Shown here: positions 52,918 to 64,000 of the stretch, one piece after another
How the letters are laid out: each line of letters begins with the position of its first letter
How positions within the stretch are numbered: the stretch's first letter is position 1
Assembly (NCBI RefSeq): GCF_003918875.1
Contig: NW_025766525.1
Coordinates: 1,178,001 to 1,242,000 of the forward strand
Reading direction: 5' to 3'
Source: Haliotis rubra
Lineage: Eukaryota
DNA length: 64,000 nt
Made by a program: the position numbers and the translations under genes
Notes under the pieces: model-generated
Seen by the model: the letters and a program-made list of their open reading frames with translations, nothing else
What the model was told of the DNA's origin: nothing
The model's database searches: none

Positions 52918-55184
52918 ATACTGATGTATATGAAGGATGCAAGAAACTATAAACTAAATACAAATAATGCATTCATGTTGAAAACAGAAGCAATGTGTTT
53001 ACTGGTGTAGTCAACCTACAGTTGGTTGCCTTGCTAAACGACGGAGCTGCTGATTAATTCAGCACAGGAAACACCCAGGTCACGGCTTCAAGTGTGCTCA
53101 GCCTGCATAGTTAGAAATCTCTCACTTGAAACAATAGACTGGTAACTTTTGCAAGTAGTTTTAGTCCTGATAAAAATAAAATACAGCAGATTTTCATAGA
53201 TTTATTAAATTTACTGAAAATTATCACTTAAATAAATTGCAGAGTCTAACTGTAAATTGTCTGCAACATCACTGCATATGAGGCAGTTGATTCAGAATGA
53301 GCTGAGATTCAGGTAAACACCAGGACATCATGGTGAGCTGCAGAAACAGAAATCTTCACTTTCGCTGGTCAGTATGCAAATCAGCTATCTGAGAATATGC
53401 CTGAAGCACAACTAGCCTCCTACAGTCTGAAGTGATCAAATCAGGAGACCACCACAGGGGAAGTCCCACGACAATGTGTGGAAGCTGGTTCCGGCTCTGA
53501 TTGGTCCAGCCTCAATTGTCTGCTACGCAGGTGACAGGGGGGACCACACCATATAAAGTTAATGAACACACCAGAAGGAGGCCTCTAAGTGGAGGGACGT
53601 CTTTAGCAGCATGTGCTGCTCATGTGGGTAATTGTGCTGTCCCAATATTGAATGTCTTCCACTTATACAACAGCAGCTAGAGAATTATAGCAGTGTACAT
53701 TATTAATGAAGGGAAGTTTCAAGCTTGCTTCTACCACCACATTGCCACAGCCTGTAGCCAGTTGTTTGTGATCTCCTAAACCTGAGGACCTGATGCTAAC
53801 ATTACAGAGTCAAGTCAATGATCTGGAGCTTGAGAGAGAATATAGTGGTGTGTTATAACACAGCATCACTGAAACAGAAGTAAAGATCAGTGACAATAGC
53901 CAGTTGATATGCCAGCTTCATCCATGTAAATGATTTTACTATTTTTGGCCAATGAGGAGTGGATGAATTATACTAACCCCTTATGATGAAGTAACTGTTT
54001 TTGTTGAAATTATGTTTTTTGTATAACTTTCAGAACTTGAACCAATTTTCTGTGATGATTTTACTGATTTTCTGTGAATTACTGTGAATTTATCAATTGA
54101 TGAGAGAAAACAACCATTAAGAAAAAGACAAAATCCCCGCACTTCAGCATGCCATCTCATGAATCTTGCAGGATTCATAACGTCTCTCTGCCTCAAGCAG
54201 ACAGTTTCAAACAAGCTGTGACAGACAAACCTGAGGACTAAACAAGCAGAAAGCCTTCAACAGAGGCATGCCTGGTTTATAGCTCTTATCAAGGCAGTAA
54301 ACGTGCTACAGATTTACTGTGATACAGAGTCCACACTCGTTCAGTGAGGGAGGGAGTGAGGGACAGCGCTGTCTGCTTCCTCCAATACGGCTTCTCCAAG
54401 TTGGACAGTTGGAACACCTGTGAGTAGGTGACGTGAGCCTGTCGTTGGCAGGCACGAGGTGCTTGTTGGGAGAGTCAGGAGGCTGGTGTTGGATGTACAC
54501 GGAGTAACGGAGCAGCCTCCTGAAGGTAGGGGAGGACCCAATGTAGATTTGAAATTTTTCCTTTTATAAAGAGCAGAAAAATGTATATTTTGTTCATATC
54601 TAATTTGATGTTTTTTTCTGAAACATTGTATGACAAAGGATACATATATTTTCCTAAAGAATATTCAAAATATACAATCATTTTTTTCATGATGTATTTT
54701 TTAAATATTGATATGTCTGTGGATCTGCAATAACTAAGCAATTGTATTGGTATACTGCTTTAGTAGGAAATACCTGACTGATATAGCACCATATGTGACT
54801 AAGAGGATGACAGAAGGATTTTAAATGCAACAGTAACAGCAGAGAAATGCTGTAATTAATATTTTGTTGTGTCAGTACAATTCCATACAGGGAAGAACTG
54901 CAGGAAGTAAACTGATGTTATTCAGTATATGTATTCCTAATGAAACAAACCAATTCTATTTCCACATACAGCCAAACAGAAGTCGTTTGTCATGTTCCAT
55001 TGGAATTAACACATAGTTAAATATTAACATTGGCCAAATGGCAGAATCAATATAAGTGAAACTGTATCTTACGGGTAATAGCACGATGTTGTCTCTTCCA
55101 ATTCTCTGTGTCCCCTGCTTGTTGCTATACACAGTGAATTTTACCTACACCACCAGAAAGACAGGAATCACAACACTTCAAGAC

Positions 55185-55995
55185 AGGGGGCACCTGTCAG
55201 GGGCAGAATGGAGAGTAAGGGGGCACCTGTCTGGGGCAGAATGGAGAGTAAGGGGGTACCTGTTGGGCAGAATGGAGAGTAAGGGGCACCTGTCTGGGGC
55301 AGAATGGAGAGTAAGGGGGCACCTGTTGGGCAGAATGGAGAGTAAGGAGGCACCTGTTGGGCAGAATGGAGAGTAAGGGGGCACCTGTTGGGTAGAATGG
55401 AGAGTAAGGGGGCACCTGTGGGGCAGAATGGAGAGTAAGGAGGCACCTGTCTCGGGCAGTGTGGAGAGTAAGGGGCACCTGTTGGGTCAGTGTTGAGAGT
55501 AAGGGGGCACCTGTTGGGGCAGTGTGGAGTGTAAGGGGGCACCTGTTGGGGCAGTGTGGAGAGTAAGGGGGCACCTGTTTGGGGCAGTGTGGAGAGTAAG
55601 GGGGCACCTGTTGGGGCAGTGTGGAGTGTAAGGGGGCACCTGTTGGGGCAGTGTGGAGAGTAAGAGGGCACCTGTTTGGGGCAGTGTGGAGAGTAAGGGG
55701 CACCTGTTTGGGGCAGTGTGGAGAGTAAGGGGCACCTGTTGGGAGTGTGGAGAGTAAGGGGCACCTGTTGGGGCAGTGTGGAGTGTAAGGGGGCACCTGT
55801 TGGGGCAGTGTGGAGAGTAAGAGGGGCACCTGTTTGGGGCAGTGTGGAGAGTAAGAGGGCACCTGTCAGGGGGCAGAATGGTGAGTAAGGGGGCACCTGT
55901 CTGAGGCAGTGTGTGGTATAAAGGGGCACCTCTCTGGGGCAGTTTGGAGAGTAAGGGGTGCCTGTTTAAGATGCAGGCATAAGGGGGCTCCTGTT
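55185..55995. repeat. G-rich ~35-37-bp minisatellite
   Basis: GGGGCACCTGTTGGGGCAG(AA/TG)TGGAGAGTAAG. Confidence 0.93.
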
Positions 55996-56406
55996 TAGTT
56001 TATCACTATCAAACAGTGATGATATCATGTGTTCTTGTATAACTGTTAAAAGCCTTGATAAACCCAACTGACTCACACATCTCATCAAAACCAGAGAATG
56101 CATTGATCTGCTCCTTGTTGAATCATATTAGAGCCTTTCCCTTCCGTAATTCATCAGACTCTTTGGTGCAAGTGGATGCATATATACTTGGCAACAACTG
56201 GGTACACCTACTTACCACTGCGGCGCCATAACGCCTCATTGTACATATGAACCACACTAATCTCTAATGAGAAATATTTTCCTTCATGTACCTCTGATGA
56301 GGACAGACTCTTAAGACTTGCAGAATTTCTGTCAACTGTAAACTTTTGATCTTTTCTAAACTGCATCCCATTCTGTGACTAATCTGTTCTCACTTATACT
56401 AGGTAT

Positions 56407-57458
56407 AGCTATATCGTGTGATGGTGACAGTTTTTGTGTATCTGAACTCACCAATACTGGCTACAGCTGTATCCTGTGATGGTGACAGTTTGTGTGTATC
56501 TGAACTCACCAATACTGTCTACAGCTGTATCGTGTGATGGTTACAGTTTGTGTGTATCTGAACTCACCATTACTGTCTACAGTTATATCCTGTGATGGTG
56601 ACAGTTTGTGTGTATCTGAACTCACCAATACTGTCGACAGCTATATCCTGTGATGGTGATGATTTGTGTGTATCTGAACTCACCAATACTGGCTACAGCT
56701 ATATCCGGTGATGGTGACAGTTTGTGTGTATCTGAACTCACCAATACTGTCTACAGCTGTATCGTGTGATGGTTACAGTTTGTGTGTATCTGAACTCACC
56801 AATACTGTCTACAGCTGTATCCTGTGATGGTGACAGTTTGTGTGTATCTGAACTCACCAATACTGTCGACAGCTATATCCGGTGATGGTGATTTGTGTGT
56901 ATCTGAACTCACCAATACTGGCTACAGCTATATCCTGTGATGGTGACAGTTTGTGTGTATCTGAATTCACCAATACTGTCGACAGCTATATCCGGTGATG
57001 GTGATGATTTGTGTGTATCTGAACTCACCAATACTGGCTACAGCTATATCCTGTGATGGTGATAGTTTGTGTGTATCTGAACTCACCAATACTGTCGACA
57101 GCTATATCCGGTGATGGTGATGATTTGTGTGTATCTGAACTCACCAATACTGGCGACAGCTATATCCGGTGATGGTGATGATTTGTGTGTATCTGAACTC
57201 ACCAATACTGGCTACAGCTATATCCTGTGATGGTGATAGTTTGTGTGTATCTGAACTCACCAATACTGGCTACAGCTATATCCTGTGATGGTGACAGTTT
57301 GTGTGTATCTGAATTCACCAATACTGTCGACAGCTATATCCGGTGATGGTGATGATTTGTGTGTATCTGAACTCACCAATACTGGCGACAGCTGTATCCT
57401 GTGATGGTGATGATTTGTGTGTATCTGAACTCACCAATACTGGCTACAGCCATATCCT
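56407..57458. repeat. 58-bp minisatellite, ~18 copies
   Basis: GCTATATCCKGTGATGGTGACAGTTTGTGTGTATCTGAACTCACCAATACTGKCTACA. Confidence 0.95.
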
Positions 57459-57544
57459 TATATCATGAACAAGGAAATTTATTCCCACATAAAGGACATG
57501 TATGATACTGCAGTCATTGAATATTACTTCCCACTATGTGGCGG

Positions 57545-58573
57545 TCCCTCTGTTTGCCTGGCTATCTGTCGGGTGACTTCCCAACTTGCCTGACATGGGG
57601 CTGGGAGTATCACCTGACTGATGCCAGCAGTGTTGGGCCCTCTGTTTGCCTGGCTATCTGTCGGGTGACTTCCCAACTTGCCTGACATGGGGCTGGGAGT
57701 ATCACCTGACTGATGCCAGCAGTGTTGGGCCCTCTGTTTGCCTGGCTATCTGTCGGGTGACTTCCCAACTTGCCTGACATGGGGCTGGGAGTATCACCTG
57801 ACTGATGCCAGCAGTGTTGGGCCCTCTGTTTGCCTGGCTATCTGTCGGGTGACTTCCCAACTTGCCTGACATGGGGCTGGGAGTATCACCAGACTGATGC
57901 CAGCAGTGTTGGGCCCTCTGTTTGCCTGGCTATCTGTCGGGTGACTTCCCAACTTCCCTGACATGGGGCTGGGAGTAAGTATCACCTGACTCATGCCAGC
58001 AGTGTTGGGCCCTCTGTTTGCCTGGCTATCTGTCGGGTGACTTCCCAACTTCCCTGACATGGGGTTGGGAGTATCACCAGACTGATGCCAGCAGTGTTGG
58101 GCCCTCTGTTTGCCTGGCTATCTGTCGGGTGACTTCCCAACTTGCCTGACATGGGGCTGGGAGTAAGTATCACCTGACTGATGCCAGCAGTGTTGGGCCC
58201 TCTGTTTGCCTGGCTATCTGTCGGGTGACTTCCCAACTTGCATGACATGGGGCTGGGAGTAAGTATCACCTGACTGATGCCAGCAGTGTTGGGCCCTCTG
58301 TTTGCCTGGCTATCTGTCGGGTGACTTCCCAACTTGCCTGACATGGGGCTGGGAGTATCACCAGACTGATGCCAGCAGTGTTGGGCCCTCTGTTTGCCTG
58401 GCTATCTGTCGGGTGACTTCCCAACTTGCCTGACATGGGGCTGGGAGTAAGTATCACCTGACTGATGCCAGCAGTGTTGGGCCCTCTGTTTGCCTGGCTA
58501 TCTGTCGGGTGACTTCCCAACTTGCATGACATGGGGCTGGGAGTATCACCTGACTGATGCCAGCAGTGTTGGG
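57545..58573. repeat. 92/96-bp tandem repeat, ~11 copies
   Basis: Units at 57546, 57638, 57730, ...; a 4-bp AAGT insertion defines the 96-bp variant. Confidence 0.95.
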
Positions 58574-58669
58574 AACACACTGGTTGTTGTTTTCAATGAT
58601 ATTCAGTTATTTAAGTGTCTCAGTTTGGGAGGAAATCCTAATGTGTCAAATGTCTTCAGTGTATATATA

Positions 58670-60111
58670 TACTGAGTCAAAAAAGAAACTTCACAAAATG
58701 TAATTTGAAAAATAATGAATATTTTTTCTCTGATGATACATCTATGTATCCGAAATGGGATCCCTATCTTTCGACTCTAGAAAAATGTTAGCAAAACCCA
58801 CTCAAACCCATCCATTCGTCGTGCAAATGACGTTAGTGCCAAATCAGGTTTTGCACGTGCAGTTGATCACGTGATCTTTGCATCAAAGTTTTCTTCATAT
58901 GCACGTGTTTGCATTGGCCGCAAGAATTGAAAAAACACTTTTAAGCCACAGTTCTAACGGTACTTGAAATGCCACGATTGTCAAATGTGCAACGTGAACG
59001 TGCCGTTTGCATGTTGCAAGCGGGAAGATCAGTTATTGACGTCGCAAGAGCAATGGGATGCAGCCGTCATACTGTGTATGACTTGCAAGGTCGTCTACAA
59101 CAAACTGGCACCACTTCTGATCGCCCAAGGTCGGGTCGTCCACGTGTGACGCCACGAGCAGAAGACCATCAAATCGTCCTACGCCACCTACGTGACAGAT
59201 TTCTGCCGGCTACACGAACCAGGGCTGAGATGTTTAGAGGTTGACTGTCCTCACAGACCATTCAAAATCGGTTGCGGGCTGCCAATCTCCATTCTCGACG
59301 TCCATATCGTGGGCCAATATTGACGCCGTTTCATCAACTTCAACGTCTGCTGTGGGCCCAACATCACCTCCGATGGACCCAGAGAGACTGGAATCGAGTC
59401 GTCTTTAGCGATGAATCCAGGTTTACCCTCAGATTCGCGGACGGCAGGCATAGAGTCTGGAGACGACGTCGTGAACGGTATGCCCATTGTTGTGTACAGG
59501 AAGTCGACAGATTCGGGGGCGGAAGTTGCATGGTGTGGGGTGCTTTCTGTGGGAACAACCGTTCCCGACTTCTGGTCATCTGTGGAAACCTCACAGCTGC
59601 TACTTACCGCGACCAGGTGCTCACCCCTGAACTCGTTCCTTTCATGGCGGCTCATGGCCCAGGTCTACAGTTCCAGCATGATAATGCTCGGCCGCATACC
59701 GCAATGTTGACACGAAAATTTCCTTCAAAACGCTGGAATCAACGTCATGGACTTTGCAGGAACTTGGCGCTGCCTTGCAAGAGCAATGGCGCAGAATCCC
59801 CAACCACGTGTTCACAAGCATCAGGCAGTCGATGAGGAGACGGTGTTTGGCAGTGGTGAATGCGCGGGGGCGGCCATACACGATATTGAACTGAGAAATT
59901 TCGCATTTTTATTCTTGTGACTTGACATTCTGTATACCCATGTTTTGGAATGGCGGTGTAGCCTAATGGAACTGATTATGGCACTGTCAGTGTATCGTGT
60001 ACATCACACAGATCTCAGCAATGAAATTATAACAATTTAACCATCTTACCATCTCTTGTTCTTTTATAGTGCCCTGAAGAAAGAATGTGAAGTTTCTTTT
60101 TTGACTCAGTA
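58670..60111 (+). mobile_element. Tc1/mariner DNA transposon with both TIRs
   Basis: Perfect 25-bp TIR ACTGAGTCAAAAAAGAAACTTCACA (58671-58695 / 60086-60110); (TA)n on both sides. Confidence 0.97.
58969..59889 (+). pseudogene. Tc1-family transposase pseudogene
   Basis: Paired HTH, GRPR, FSDESRF, MVWG, FQHDNARPH; in-frame TGA 59242-59244, frameshift ~59718, deletion ~59752 removing the SPDLNPIE motif, GGHTRY* end. Confidence 0.95.
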
Positions 60112-60427
60112 TATATATACACACAACAGCTACCGATATCTACTAATATATACAAAACATTAACCACACCCAAACAATACCTAACAATATTTGATATGTA
60201 TTTAACCAATGATATTTGACCTGTACCAGCAGGGGTGTACGGCCGACTCAGGCAGTTATGGGGTATGGGGATCTATTCTACAACATAACCACAACCTTAC
60301 ACTTTCAGGAACTGTGTACATAAGGAAACTACTTTATACTTTAATGCATGTTAATCACAAATTCCAGGTGTTCTGCACACTGGGCCATGTGTTGATGGAG
60401 TGTGCACATTTGCTGATAATGTGTGGC

Positions 60428-62279
60428 GATGTGAAGCATCCATTAACTCTGTCCTGGGTGTAGCTGGTGAGTCCCTGCAGGTGATGTGAAGCATCCATTA
60501 ACTCTGTCCTGGGTGTAGCTGGTGAGTCCCTGCAGGTGATGTGAAGCATCCATTAACTCTGTCCTGGGTGTAGCTGGTGAGTCCCTGTGAGTCCCTGCAG
60601 GTGATGTGAAGCATCCATTAACTCTGTCCTGGGTGTAGCTGGTGAGTCCCTGCAGGTGATGTGAAGCATCCATTAACTCTGTCCTGGGTGTAGCTGGTGA
60701 GTCCCTGCAGGTGATGTGAAGCTTCCATTAACTCTGTCCTGGGTGTTGCTGGTGAGTCCCTGCAGGTGATGTGAAGCATCCATTAACTCTGTCCTGGGTG
60801 TTGCTGGTGAGTCCCTGCAGGTGATGTGAAGCATCCATTAACTCTGTCCTGGGTGTTGCTGGTGAGTCCCTGCAGGTGATGTGAAGCATCCATTAACTCT
60901 GTCCTGGGTGTTGCTGGTGAGTCCCTGCAGGTGATGTGAAGCATCCATTAACTCTGTCCTGGGTGTGAGCTGGTGAGTCTGTCCTGCAGGTGATGTGAAG
61001 CATCCATTAACTCTGTCCTGGGTGTTGCTGGTGAGTCCCTGCAGGTGATGTGAAGCATCCATTAACTCTGTCCTGGGTGTTGCTGGTGAGTCCCTGCAGG
61101 TGCATCCATTAACTCTGTCCTGGGTGTTGCTGGTGAGTCCCTGCAGGTGAAGCATCCATTAACTCTCCTGTTGCTGGGTGTCCTGGGTGTTGCTGGTGAG
61201 TCCCTGCAGGTGATGTGAAGCATCCATTAACTCTGTCCTGGGTGTTGCTGGTGCTGGTGAGTCCATTAACTCTGTCCTGGTGTTGTGAGATGTGAAGCAT
61301 CCATTAACTCTGTCCTGTCCTGGGTGTTGCTGGTGAGTCCCTGCAGGTGATGTGATGTGAAGCATCCATTAACTCTGTCCTGGGTGTTGCTGGTGAGTCC
61401 CCTGCAGGTGATGTGAAGCATCCATTAACTCTGTCCTGGGTGTTGCTGGTGAGTCCCTGCAGGTGATGTGAAGCATCCATTAACTCTGTCCTGGGTGTTG
61501 CTGGTGAGTCCCTGCAGGTGATGTGAAGCATCCATTAACTCTGTCCTGGGTGTTGCTGGTGAGTCCCTGCAGGTGATGTGAAGCATCCATTAACTCTGTC
61601 CTGGGTGTTGCTGGTGAGTCCCTGCAGGTGATGTGAAGCATCCATTAACTCTGTCCTGGGTGTTGCTGGTGAGTCCCTGCAGGTGATGTGAAGCATCCAT
61701 TAACTCTGTCCTGTGTTGCTGGTGAGTTGCAGGTGATGTGAAGTCTCTGTCCTGGGTGTTGCTGGTGAGTCCCTGCAGGTGATGTGAAGCATCCATTAAC
61801 TCTGTCCTGGGTGTTGCTGGTGAGTCCCTGCAGGTGATGTGAAGCATCCATTAACTCTGTCCTGGGTGTTGCTGGTGAGTCCCTGCAGGTGATGTGAAGC
61901 ATCCATTAACTCTGTCCTGGGTGTTGCTGGTGAGTCCCTGCAGGTGATGTGAAGCATCCATTAACTCTGTCCTGGGTGTTGCTGGTGAGTCCCTGCAGGT
62001 GATGTGAAGCATCCATTAACTCTGTCCTGGGTGTTGCTGGTGAGTCCCTGCAGGTGATGTGAAGCATCCATTAACTCTGTCCTGGGTGTTGCTGGTGAGT
62101 CCCTGCAGGTGATGTGAAGCATCCATTAACTCTGTCCTGGGTGTAGCTGGTGAGTCCCTGCAGGTGATGTGAAGCATCCATTAACTCTGTCCTGGGTGTT
62201 GCTGGTGAGTCCCTGCAGGCAATGTGAAGCATCCATTAACTCTGCCCTGGGTGTTGCTGGTGAGTCCCTGCAGGTGATC
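60428..62279. repeat. 55-bp minisatellite, ~33 copies
   Basis: GATGTGAAGCATCCATTAACTCTGTCCTGGGTGTWGCTGGTGAGTCCCTGCAGGT. Confidence 0.97.
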
Positions 62280-62809
62280 CGTGCCATCGAGACCCAACTT
62301 TTATCCAACAGTTATAGCAGGTGGTTTAATGAGCATGTTATGCCTTGTGAGGAATATTTCAGCTAAACCTGGTTATAAATATTTTGGTCTGAGAAAGGTA
62401 AATTGATGGTTGTTAGCAGGAACAACGATCCCGCCCAAAGGAGTTAAAAATCAGGCAATGGAGTGGTAGATAGCAGAAGGAATGGTCCATGGGTTACAAT
62501 GTCAGGAATGCATTGTGGACAATTTGAGCAATGGTCCTGCCTGTAGCTGTACAATCTCAGGTAAATATCATGAGCAGAGATCTACCACATGAGGCATTAT
62601 GCCCCATTAATCCAAAACACATCTTATGAACACTTAATTTAGTTGGTTGTGGTGACAAGTATGGGGCAGCAGAGACCAATGATGGACTCACCATGTTCAA
62701 GGGGATTGTCCCGTCCTTAGGTCCATCTGCTGACATTCATGGTGAACATATGACCGATTCTTACCAGGAACTCCCAAAGAGATTAAATCAGAAATTTCAT
62801 TTACATGCT

Positions 62810-62940
62810 AACAGCCCCATCAATGGCTCATGGAAGAGTAGTAGCCCCATCAGTGGCTCATAGTAGAATAGTAGCCCCATCAGTGGCTCATAGTAGAATA
62901 GTAGCCCCATCAGTGGCTCATAGTAGAATAGTAGCTCCTC
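62810..62940. repeat. 30-bp tandem repeat, ~4 copies
   Basis: GTAGCCCCATCAGTGGCTCATAGTAGAATA. Confidence 0.9.
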
Positions 62941-63154
62941 AATAGTTCACAGTAGTAGCTGACTGTGTTTTTCTCGACTATCTAAGGGGATTTAACGTTT
63001 TGACATTTTGGTCGTACAGATGAAGGACAGAGGTGAATAACAAACCTTTTGCACACAACACCAGCTAAAGGTTCAAGAGTGAATTTTAAAAAATAGCACA
63101 TATACATGCGCATGACACTTGAGGAATGTTTCTTGTTAATGTCTAATCCAACCT

Positions 63155-63513
63155 TCCTGGGCTCTGTACAACCTCAGCTCCCTGGGCTCTGTACAACCTC
63201 AGCTCCCTGTACAACCTCAGCTCCCTGGGCTCTGTACAACCTCAGCTCCCTGGGCTCTGTACAACCTCAGCTCCCTGTACAACCTCAGCTCCCTGGGCTC
63301 TGTACAACCTCAGCTCCCTGGGATCTGTACAACCTCAGCTCTCTGAACTCTGTACAACCTCAGCTCCCTGAACTCTGTACAACCTCAGCTCCCTAGGCTC
63401 TGTACAACCTCAGCTCCCTGGGCTCTGTACAATCTCAGCTCCCTGGGCTCTGTACAACCTCAGCTCCCTGTACAACCTCAGCTCCCTGGGCTCTGTACAA
63501 CCTCAGCTCCTGG
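63155..63513. repeat. 25-bp minisatellite with 18-bp deletion variants
   Basis: CTCCCTGGGCTCTGTACAACCTCAG. Confidence 0.95.
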
Positions 63514-64000
63514 ACTCCTGTAGCTATCTGTGTTGTGCTATAGGCTCAACATGAATATAAGAGACCCTTCAACATATCTTTCTCAATGTAAAGACATACT
63601 TTCACAAACTTCCCAAGTTGGGTTTTGATGGACTTTTTCAAATCCTCCCTTATCTACTTAAATCTTGAAATGAGTGTGACAAGTACACTTGAAAGCCTCA
63701 CTGGGGACATAGAGCCAGGAGGCACAGAGGCAAGAGGACCACACATCTTTCATTATATTGGTATTAGCTCTGTGGGATGGCAAACTGTTATTCTTACAAA
63801 AACACACAACAGCTAGAATAGAGAAAGAACACTTTCAAAAGTCACATATGAGTGTTGTGTCTGTCAGCCTATTGAGACATCTCATGTCAAGCAAACACCA
63901 CTATTTACCGTCTCTCATAATCCATTCAGGTAGTTAATTATTGGATGGCGTTTGTGAGAATCCTTCACGGTCCTGCCAAAAGACGGAGTATCAGAGATAC

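Noticed and set aside
59950-59970. TAGCCTAATGG A-box match inside the Tc1 3' region
   Set aside because: No B box; likely chance.
1-63513. CRISPR-like arrays
   Set aside because: Units are contiguous with no unique spacers, there are no cas genes, and the context is eukaryotic.

Overview
Eukaryotic, repeat-saturated window. The SINE families suggest a mollusc, probably abalone-like (inference from remembered family motifs). No intact host protein-coding gene is supportable. Roughly half the window is about 30 unrelated tandem arrays (units 20-96 bp), many directly abutting, and most long ORFs in the track are artefacts of these arrays. Between them lie decayed mobile elements: two RTE-X-like LINE fragments, a Penelope-like GIY-YIG fragment, a CR1-like LINE, an L2-like LINE fragment, tRNA-derived and Nin-type SINEs with target-site duplications (TSDs), a PIF/Harbinger-type MITE and a TIR-bounded Tc1/mariner element. 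There is also a 136-N gap. The most notable object is a 6.9-kb block (23690-30625) inserted as one unit into a 20-bp minisatellite. It ends in a CR1 ORF2 with a 2A-like motif and carries two convergent, intronless, CpG-rich pseudogenes (coiled coil plus TM; HTH plus Cys-rich domain) that look like DNA-virus/Polinton-type cargo. Array periods and copy numbers were counted by eye and are approximate.
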